From contig DAIDJL010000004.1 in assembly GCA_027450205.1 (NCBI GenBank), forward strand, positions 204,413 through 268,412: a DNA stretch of 64,000 nucleotides, in the 5' to 3' direction. Of this stretch, positions 57,208 to 64,000 are shown one piece after another. The position numbers and the translations under genes are program-made. Under the pieces are notes generated by a model that saw nothing but the letters and a program-made list of their open reading frames with translations, was not told where the DNA came from and searched no databases. Numbering within the stretch: position 1 is the stretch's first letter; the number at the start of each line of letters is the position of its first letter. This DNA is from Candidatus Parcubacteria bacterium (GTDB lineage Bacteria > Patescibacteriota > Minisyncoccia > UBA6257 > 2-01-FULL-56-20).

Positions 57208-58008
57208 ATGGCCGAAGACCAATATCTTGATATCCTCGTTTCGTTTGAGCCGATTTTTAAGCAGGCCGCCGAGCTCGCGTGCGATTTGAGGAATAAAGTC
57301 TCGTCCTACAACAAATCAGAGACGGGCGTCGGGGCTCTCGACATCGTCACCGAGGCCGACCTGCAGGTCCAGGAATTCATCCTTTCAAAGCTGGCCGACA
57401 CTTCCCTCGCCGAGTGCGAGCTGATCGCCGAAGAAGCCACGCCGTCCGTTTCCCGATTCAAAGGGACGAACGGATTGGTGCTCACGATCGACCCAATCGA
57501 CGGCACGGCGATCTACGTGGATGGAGGAAACTATTTTTCGCTGATCATCGGTATGCACAATAAGAAGGACCTGCTCTATACCTATTACCGCTATCCCCTG
57601 CTTGGATGGACCAAGCGGATAGTGAAGGATTGTGCGGAAGACATCGGCGATGTGCCCGAGATGAAGACCAAGCCGGGCATCGACCCGATGCGCGTGATTG
57701 CGTATCTATCCCACGTAAAACCGGACGCGCTGCCGCCAGAGATCGAACAAAAGCTTGCGGCGGGAGGATTTTCCGTACATGGCTATAAGGACATTTTTGA
57801 CGAAGGCACCATGACCGCGCTGCTCTATGGCGGAAAGATCGCCGGCATGTGCATGCAAAACCCGGTCGCATATGATTGTTTGGGGTGCCTCCATTATGCG
57901 CAAGCAGCGGGCGGCTTTGAAATCTATTCGACTGTGAATCTTTCGGAGCCGACCAAGGGGCCGTTCGGGATATATTATCCCGGATTGTATGTCGTATGGA
58001 AAAAGTGA
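57208..58008 (+). CDS. Inositol monophosphatase-family (IMPase/FBPase/CysQ-like) phosphatase
   Basis: DIVTEADLQVQEFI and LTIDPIDGT motifs are present. Start taken at MAEDQY. Confidence 0.8.
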   Translation: MAEDQYLDILVSFEPIFKQAAELACDLRNKVSSYNKSETGVGALDIVTEADLQVQEFILSKLADTSLAECELIAEEATPSVSRFKGTNGLVLTIDPIDGTAIYVDGGNYFSLIIGMHNKKDLLYTYYRYPLLGWTKRIVKDCAEDIGDVPEMKTKPGIDPMRVIAYLSHVKPDALPPEIEQKLAAGGFSVHGYKDIFDEGTMTALLYGGKIAGMCMQNPVAYDCLGCLHYAQAAGGFEIYSTVNLSEPTKGPFGIYYPGLYVVWKK

Positions 58009-58042
58009 GGGTTACGGCGTTCAAATCCCTACAATAATAAAC

Positions 58043-58155
58043 AAATATTTATCTTTCCTCTCGTAAAGGTGCCTCGGAGGTACGAAGGTGCCGAGAGCCA
58101 AGGCGGCCAGCCAGTAGGCTGGAACGCCGTCCTTTACGAGAGGAAAGATAAATAT
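58043..58155. ncRNA. Unclassified structured element, copy 2. A conserved 63-nt core (58068-58131) is enclosed by a 25-bp perfect stem, extendable with one bulge.
   Basis: The stem AATATTTATCTTTCCTCTCGTAAAG/CTTTACGAGAGGAAAGATAAATATT differs from copy 1, while the core is 84% identical. A/T-rich tracts flank it on both sides. Confidence 0.45.
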
Positions 58156-58184
58156 TGTTTTTCTTAAATGTTATTCCTAAATCC

Positions 58185-59861
58185 CTAATAAGCATTACTA
58201 CACGCATAGGTTCCATCAGGGTTATTGTATCCTAGATAATAACTCCCTGGACCAACATCGTTTTGACATATTTGGCTTATATCTACACACGTACCATTAC
58301 TATACGCATAGCCAGAATCACACGCACAAGAATTTGTGCCAGCATTATAGTTCGCGCCATATCCCTCTGTATCCGTGCAGTAGGTATAACCCGAGACGCA
58401 TTGGCCGCCATACATGATATATCCAGTGTCGCACACACAATTATATTGACCACTACTACTATAAGTACCGTCCCACGTTTCATTTGGATAAGCCTGGGCA
58501 CATACCTGATAACCAGTTTCGGGAGGCAGCTCAACGCACGCGGTATCGTCTGAATTCCAGGTGTATCCACTCTGACATCCGCAAACGATCCCACCCTGAC
58601 TATTGTTGTTCGTATAGTCGCTGTTTACCCCATATTGATTTTGGCAAATTTGATCATTGGTCAATGTGACGCGTTGACGCGCGAGACTCACTGATTGAAT
58701 ATAGCCAGTCCCAGCAGTAAGACCTGAGACACCGAGCGTTGGTATACCCAAATCACAACTGCTCTTATCTAAGATAGCAAGTCCTCCAGAATTGCCGTGA
58801 TCAATGGCTCCATCAAACTTATAAATCGGCCCTGGGGTTTGGCCAGATATTGTTCCCTGTGTTACCGTCTCTGATACATTCAGATAATTGCCGGACGCTG
58901 GATAGCCAAAGATAGTTACGCTGTCACCGTTATCCACATTAGAACACCCTGAACCAATTCCCGTAAGAGATGTGTCATTGATTACCGGAATTGAAGCCAA
59001 TGGCGCTGATGATGAAACTGATCCATCAAGAGTAAAATCCGCCACATCTTCAGATGTGTTGGGGTCGTAATTATAGCTATGAAAGCTAAGTTGATAACCC
59101 CCAGAATCAGCGTTTATTGAAAAATCTGGCGCAGGCCCAGGATAATAAGCAAGACATGTCGGTGATCCTCCCCCCGTGTTTTCTCCATTATAAACATGAT
59201 AATTTGTTTCGATATAATTGGTCCCGCCATAGTCAACTGAAACACCAGAGCCGTAATCAAAACTACCTCCGGAATAATTTGGCGGAAAACAAGCCACAAG
59301 AACGACGGCTGGTTCTATTTGACTGATAAAAGATGTCGTAATGTTCGAATTTGTATTACCTAATACACTTTGTGACCCCTGGTTTATGGGTTGCGCACTT
59401 TGTTGTGATATACCGTTCGGCAAATTTCTGCTTTCATTTGAAGTTGTAGTTGCCGCAGCCGAAACAGCATTAACTGTGTCACTTGAAGTAGTACTAGATC
59501 CTTGAGAAGAATTCAGGCCAGACGAAATTATACCCCAAAGAATGGCAACCGCTATTATCAACCCTATGACTGTGGTGAAAACGGCTGCGGGAGAGAATGA
59601 TTCTTTGTCTGTATCAATAACGCTGGCTGTGCCATCAAGCGTAGATGTTTTATTGTTTGAAACATCCGATTCTTTTTCAGAAGGAGTCGATTGGGTAGAA
59701 TTTAATTTTTCATTATTATTCCCAACCTCTTTTTTATCCTCAACACGAGAGATTGAGCCCACATCTTTTTTATACCCACCTTCAACATCTCGCGGCTTGC
59801 CGCAAGTCTCACAAAATTTTGCATCAGGCTTAAATTTTGCACCACAATGCTTGCAGAACAT
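58185..59861 (-). CDS. Membrane-anchored trypsin-like serine protease with an N-terminal CxxC...CxxC zinc ribbon and C-terminal Cys-rich (C.C..GY) repeats
   Basis: The zinc ribbon is FCKHCGAKF...CETCG. There is one TM segment. The S1-like domain carries HVYNG and DHGNSGG. The repeats are CGCQSGY, CVCDTGY and CACDSGY. The gene is AT-rich. Confidence 0.55.
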   Translation of the reverse strand: MFCKHCGAKFKPDAKFCETCGKPRDVEGGYKKDVGSISRVEDKKEVGNNNEKLNSTQSTPSEKESDVSNNKTSTLDGTASVIDTDKESFSPAAVFTTVIGLIIAVAILWGIISSGLNSSQGSSTTSSDTVNAVSAAATTTSNESRNLPNGISQQSAQPINQGSQSVLGNTNSNITTSFISQIEPAVVLVACFPPNYSGGSFDYGSGVSVDYGGTNYIETNYHVYNGENTGGGSPTCLAYYPGPAPDFSINADSGGYQLSFHSYNYDPNTSEDVADFTLDGSVSSSAPLASIPVINDTSLTGIGSGCSNVDNGDSVTIFGYPASGNYLNVSETVTQGTISGQTPGPIYKFDGAIDHGNSGGLAILDKSSCDLGIPTLGVSGLTAGTGYIQSVSLARQRVTLTNDQICQNQYGVNSDYTNNNSQGGIVCGCQSGYTWNSDDTACVELPPETGYQVCAQAYPNETWDGTYSSSGQYNCVCDTGYIMYGGQCVSGYTYCTDTEGYGANYNAGTNSCACDSGYAYSNGTCVDISQICQNDVGPGSYYLGYNNPDGTYACSNAY

Positions 59862-59921
59862 CTTGAGGAAATTGTAATTTACTCTTAACTCTTATTCATA
59901 TCTAGTATTCATTTGATTGAA

Positions 59922-61019
59922 TTAATATCCCATCGCTTCTGCTTGTATATCCTCGCCTTCTTTTTGTGCCGATGCGGCGCAATCCATTGTATTCTGCTCG
60001 GCTTGAATACCTTGCTCGCCCTCTCCGAGTGAAAGTGTTACCGATGAACATTGCTCGTTTTGTGTTTGTTCAGATTCAATTTGAGCTTCTATGCTAGAAG
60101 CGATCCGAATAGCATTGTCGATTTTTTGCTGATTTTGAGCGTCTTGCAAAGTAAGCTGCGCGGCACTCAATTGCGAACTATAGGCCAGGTTAAGATTATT
60201 TTGTTCGCCCTGCTCCTCCTCAAGTGGTATCCCCCTTCCCTGCATATCGGCCAAGTCTTGAGCATATTGTTTTTGAAGGTTTTCAAGATTTTGTGCTGAA
60301 GTATTAACTGCAGTAATATCGAAATTCAGATAGCTTGTGTTTGGCTGAAAAGTCACCGGCTGCGGCGTATAGGTTTGCTGTGGCATAGGAGTATTGTAAT
60401 TTACAGTTGGCTGCGAATATGTCTCAGGCGCGGAGATAGCTAAAGCATTTCGCAGCGTGAACGAACCGCCGTCGGGATTGGTGACGGTGACACCATATGT
60501 CCCCGCTGGGAGCGATCCAGTATAGTTTACCGAAATGGAATTTGGCGAAACATCGTTAGGGTTTAATTTTACGAGACCTCCAATCATCAAAACCGCGCCA
60601 CTTTGAAAACCACTACCTTCAATTGTAAGAGTAAGAGAATTTCCCTGGATTATAATAGCTGGATTGATATAACTAATGGATGGGGATGAAATGGTAGGAC
60701 TCGTGGTTGCAACCGGTACCTCTGGAGGGACACTAACGACGGCTTGTTTTTGTGAAACTATTATTGCTTGTGGCTGCTTTGATGGCGCAGCCACTGAATT
60801 AATGGGTGGAGCTACGGATATTTTTTCGATGGGCCGGGTTGTAGCTATTGTTCCCGACGACGATGTTGAACTTGTCGTTTGAACTGCGATTTGAGAATTC
60901 GAGGTAGCGGGAATTATTGGAATAGTTTGGGGCGTTGCAGAAACGAGTCCAAAAAGAGCGGCTAGGCCTACAAATGAAACGATTGTTTTATGGAGAAGCG
61001 AACCGAAGAAGTTAAACAT
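59922..61019 (-). CDS. Secreted IPT/TIG-domain protein with a Gln/Glu-rich coiled-coil C-terminus
   Basis: It has a signal peptide and an IPT/TIG-like segment PSISYINPAIIIQGNSLTLTIEGSGF...VTVTNPDGG. The gene is AT-rich. Confidence 0.5.
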   Translation of the reverse strand: MFNFFGSLLHKTIVSFVGLAALFGLVSATPQTIPIIPATSNSQIAVQTTSSTSSSGTIATTRPIEKISVAPPINSVAAPSKQPQAIIVSQKQAVVSVPPEVPVATTSPTISSPSISYINPAIIIQGNSLTLTIEGSGFQSGAVLMIGGLVKLNPNDVSPNSISVNYTGSLPAGTYGVTVTNPDGGSFTLRNALAISAPETYSQPTVNYNTPMPQQTYTPQPVTFQPNTSYLNFDITAVNTSAQNLENLQKQYAQDLADMQGRGIPLEEEQGEQNNLNLAYSSQLSAAQLTLQDAQNQQKIDNAIRIASSIEAQIESEQTQNEQCSSVTLSLGEGEQGIQAEQNTMDCAASAQKEGEDIQAEAMGY

Positions 61020-61335
61020 TTTTTATTCTTCATTTTCCCGGCTGGGGAGCAAAAAACTCCCAGCCAGTAATGGCCCGAAGGCCACCCTATATCCCTTTCG
61101 AGATATGGCCCATCAAATGCGCTCTGACTAGGGGCTTTTTACCTTTGACGGAACTTTGACCAGGCCGCCGATTATTCGACGGTTTAGGCGACTTATTAAA
61201 TTGTGCTTTTATTTTGCCACTTATCCCTAAAAAAGGGAAGTTTCGCTGATTGAAGAAGTATCGATTTTTAAACCGGCAGAAAATCCAGCAATGGCAAGCT
61301 CTTTCGAGCCTTCTGGCAAAGAAAAATTAACTTCG

Positions 61336-61410
61336 TACCACCATCGGGATTTGAACCCGAGTTCCCGCCGTGAGAGGGCGATGTCCTAGACCAGGCTAGA
61401 CGATGATGGC
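61336..61410 (-). tRNA. tRNA-Glu (anticodon CUC)
   Basis: The reverse complement folds as a cloverleaf. The acceptor is GCCAUCA/UGGUGGU with 2 G-U pairs. The T-arm is TCGGG-TTCAAAT-CCCGA. The anticodon loop is CUCUCAC with U33 and A37. Confidence 0.75.
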
Positions 61411-61478
61411 ATATCGTAACGAAAAAAAGTATAAGGAAAAATGAGGGATAAAACAAGCGTGGCGGATGGCGCGGCAAT

Positions 61479-62783
61479 CTAGCTCAACGGCACCACCGTC
61501 GGAATCGGAACTTCCTTGATTTCCTCCACTATCTTATCCAATTCCATGGAGTGGGAACCCTTCACTAAAACCAAGTCCCCTTTTTTAATGAAATCCTTCA
61601 CCGGCTTTCGCGCCTCGTCGGCGGTGTCAAAAGAAAAGATCGCGGTGCGCTTCATGCCCGCGGCGCGCGCGGCTTCGGCGATGAACTTCGCGCGCGGACC
61701 CACGGTAAAGAGCACATCCGCCGATTTCGCCGCAATGCGCCCTATGCCCTCGTGCGCCTCCAGGGTATATTTGCCGATCTCAAGCATGTCGCCCAATACT
61801 GCCACTTTTCGCTTTGCGGGGATCGCAGCCAGCGTTTCAAGCGCCGAACGCATCGCGATCACGCTTGCGTTATACGAATCATCAATAAGGGAAGTGTACT
61901 TAATGCCGGGCAGGAGTTGCATGCGCGATTCCGGCGGTGCGTAGTGCGTGAGCGCTTCCGAAATGGTCACCAAATTCATGCCGAAAACCAGCCCAATTGC
62001 CGCCGCCGCGCCGGCGGCATAGGCGTGAGCGCGGCCAAAAACATTACTGATCCGCACCGGCACCACGCCGCTGCCATGCTCAAGTTTGAACGAGATGCCG
62101 GAAGGCTGCCCGTCCTTTACTTTATTCTCAAAACGCGAGATGCGGACTTCGGCTCCCTTATCAAAACCGAACGTCATCACCCGCGCCCGCGTGCGCGACT
62201 GCAGGTTCACGACCATCGGATCATCGCCGTTCAATATCGCGAAGCCGCCCGAAGGGAGGTATTCTATCAGCCTGCCTTTTTCTCGCGCAACCTCGTCCGG
62301 TCCGCCGTAAAATTCCACATGTACGGGAATATCGCCGATCGCCGTGATGACGCTGATGTTCGGCCGCGCGATATTTAACAGGTTTTTAATATCGCCCGGG
62401 CGGTCGGCACCGTATTCCAATATCAAGATCTCCGGATATTCGGTGACCGATGCGAAAGCGAGCCGCCATGCGGAGCTCGCGATCACCCTGATCCAAAACC
62501 CCATCTTTCGGAACCGCGCCGTGCCGCGCGGCGTCGCGTGGCTCACCAAAGCAAGGTCTTCGGCACTCCAGTCGCCAAGGATCGTAAGCGGCAAGCCGAG
62601 GTCGCTGTTCAGATTGCCGAATGAAACCCGCACGCGCCGGTCGCGCTCGAGCACTGCCTTGATCGCAAGTTTCGTGGATGTCTTTCCCGCACTCCCCGTC
62701 ACGCCGATCACCGCCGGCCGGTAGCGCCAGATCGTCCATCGCGCAAGCCGCCGTAAGATTTTCCGGAGAATGGTTACGGACAT
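61479..62783 (-). CDS. murF: UDP-N-acetylmuramoyl-tripeptide--D-alanyl-D-alanine ligase
   Basis: The Mur ligase P-loop GVTGSAGKTSTK, DDSYNAS and KGSHSM are present. Confidence 0.9.
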   Translation of the reverse strand: MSVTILRKILRRLARWTIWRYRPAVIGVTGSAGKTSTKLAIKAVLERDRRVRVSFGNLNSDLGLPLTILGDWSAEDLALVSHATPRGTARFRKMGFWIRVIASSAWRLAFASVTEYPEILILEYGADRPGDIKNLLNIARPNISVITAIGDIPVHVEFYGGPDEVAREKGRLIEYLPSGGFAILNGDDPMVVNLQSRTRARVMTFGFDKGAEVRISRFENKVKDGQPSGISFKLEHGSGVVPVRISNVFGRAHAYAAGAAAAIGLVFGMNLVTISEALTHYAPPESRMQLLPGIKYTSLIDDSYNASVIAMRSALETLAAIPAKRKVAVLGDMLEIGKYTLEAHEGIGRIAAKSADVLFTVGPRAKFIAEAARAAGMKRTAIFSFDTADEARKPVKDFIKKGDLVLVKGSHSMELDKIVEEIKEVPIPTVVPLS

Positions 62784-64000
62784 ATCAGGTTTTTACAATG
62801 AGGGATGACATCCGCCGTCGTCCGGTTCGGCGGGATGTTGTAATAGTTGACGATCCACTGTGCAAGCTGATTCCACGCCGGCACCACCGTCTCGGCGGCG
62901 AGCGACGTGACGGGAATCGTATTGAGGCGGATGAAAGCGATAAATTTCGGATCCGACGTCGGACCCCAGCCGATATACGAATCGGTAAGCTTGTTCAGAT
63001 AGCCGCCGCCTTTCGGATTCGGGATGAACGCGCTGCCCGTCTTGCCGGCCATGGAATATCCGTTGATCTCCGCAACCTGCGCAAGGTCGACGGCGTCCAC
63101 TGCCATCTGTGACACCTGCGCAGCCGTCGACGCGCTGATCACACGCCGGATCACCTGCGGTTGCAGCGACGCATTCAGATACGGCCGCATGAGCAATCCC
63201 CCGTTTGCGATCGCGCTTACGGCATCCACAAGCTCGATCGGCGTCATCGCGATCCCCTGCCCGTACGCCGCCGTATCCCAATCCACCTGCGGCGCATTCG
63301 GCGTAAGCTGACTCAGATCGCCCGTTACTTCGCCCGGCAGGTCGATGCCGGTCTTTTGATCAAGGCCGAATTTCTTCGCATAGCTCAAAAAAACGGGATT
63401 ACCAGTGGTGTTTTCCGCCCAGATCGCGCCGGTATTGATCGAATGCTCGATCACCTGCGTCATCGTGGTGCCCGGACCATACGGGCCTTCTGTCGTCAGG
63501 TTGTAATTCGTAATATGCGCCCCGTCCACGTTTACATACCCATGGTCGAAGTAGGTGGTATCCGGCGTGATACGCCCGGAATCAATGCCTGCCGCCATGG
63601 TAAGAAGCTTCATAATGGATCCCGGTTCATATACTCCCTGCACATCGGTGTTCATGAAGTCCGAGATCGGGAATTTGCCGTAATTATTCGGGTCGAAATT
63701 TGGGTCGCCGCCCATTGCGAGGATCTTTCCCGTCTTCGGATCCATCACCATCACATCGCCGCCGGTCGCTCCGGTGGATTGCACCAGATTATCCAATATC
63801 TTCTCCGCCTCGATCTGGATGTTCGGATCGATCGTGGTCGTAAGGTCCGTTCCCACGCCTCCTGCCGAATTGCTGCCGTTGAGCGTATTGTTGTAATACG
63901 ACTCCAACCCGTACTTTCCGCTCTCGCCGGTATTTGACGCATTCGGCCCCACATATCCCAGCACCTGCGATGCGACCGTGGAAAGCGGATAATATCGCTC
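62774..64000 (-). CDS. Penicillin-binding protein transpeptidase domain (PBP2/FtsI-like). Only the C-terminal part is in the window, and the gene continues past the window end.
   Basis: SIMK (SxxK), SIN (SxN) and KTGS (KTG) motifs are present. The reading frame is open to position 64000. Confidence 0.85.
   Translation of the reverse strand, partial: ERYYPLSTVASQVLGYVGPNASNTGESGKYGLESYYNNTLNGSNSAGGVGTDLTTTIDPNIQIEAEKILDNLVQSTGATGGDVMVMDPKTGKILAMGGDPNFDPNNYGKFPISDFMNTDVQGVYEPGSIMKLLTMAAGIDSGRITPDTTYFDHGYVNVDGAHITNYNLTTEGPYGPGTTMTQVIEHSINTGAIWAENTTGNPVFLSYAKKFGLDQKTGIDLPGEVTGDLSQLTPNAPQVDWDTAAYGQGIAMTPIELVDAVSAIANGGLLMRPYLNASLQPQVIRRVISASTAAQVSQMAVDAVDLAQVAEINGYSMAGKTGSAFIPNPKGGGYLNKLTDSYIGWGPTSDPKFIAFIRLNTIPVTSLAAETVVPAWNQLAQWIVNYYNIPPNRTTADVIPHCKNLICP

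Noticed and set aside
57201-57210. TATACT immediately abutting the IMPase-family ATG as a -10 box
   Set aside because: A zero-nt spacing to the start codon makes a functional -10 implausible. The hexamer is part of the coding context.
1-64000. CRISPR arrays or cas genes
   Set aside because: No spaced direct-repeat arrays are visible. The only recurring elements are the two structured-core hairpins and the 28-45-nt cis motif, neither of which has CRISPR architecture.

Overview
This 64 kb window comes from a moderately GC-rich bacterial chromosome (most genes roughly 55-62% G+C by eye). It is largely housekeeping, with tightly packed genes and short or leaderless 5' UTRs. The clearest example is the -10 box upstream of secA.

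Recognisable housekeeping content includes the following:
- ctpA (partial), def-fmt, an Fe/Mn superoxide dismutase and two tRNAs (Gln-UUG, Glu-CUC).
- A TroABCD/Znu-type metal ABC transporter operon, lexA, a DEAD-box helicase, two ECF sigma/anti-sigma modules and a DsbA-like/DsbB pair.
- A MarR-controlled MFS/HlyD efflux cluster, three GH130 domains in two genes, and an ECF-sigma-linked MacAB-type ABC efflux cluster.
- PGI/PMI, a Zwf-Gnd fusion and an orphan OmpR-type regulator.
- FKBP, csaA, secA, hpf, murB, gtrA, tpiA, SemiSWEET, NUDIX, IMPase, murF and a partial PBP.

Two regions are strikingly AT-rich against this background.

(1) A ~8.4 kb block lies immediately 3' of tRNA-Gln (about 3402-11790). 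It carries a 1091-aa KAP-family P-loop NTPase and a large serine recombinase. It also carries an XRE regulator next to a membrane protein, two small TM proteins, a protein with an HTH-like region, a zinc ribbon and a P-loop, and another membrane protein. I read this as an integrated mobile or defence-type island and consider it the best candidate for an undescribed conflict system.

(2) A ~3 kb block next to tRNA-Glu encodes a zinc-ribbon-anchored trypsin-like protease with Cys-rich repeats and an IPT/TIG secreted protein.

Independently, a ~115-nt element occurs twice, at 24187-24303 and 58043-58155, both times between convergent genes. Its conserved 63-nt core has internal hairpins showing compensatory base changes. 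The core is embedded in a ~30-bp perfect hairpin whose stem sequence is completely different between the two copies.

A 28-45 nt cis motif occurs three times around the SemiSWEET-DUF2007-NUDIX genes. I found no CRISPR array.
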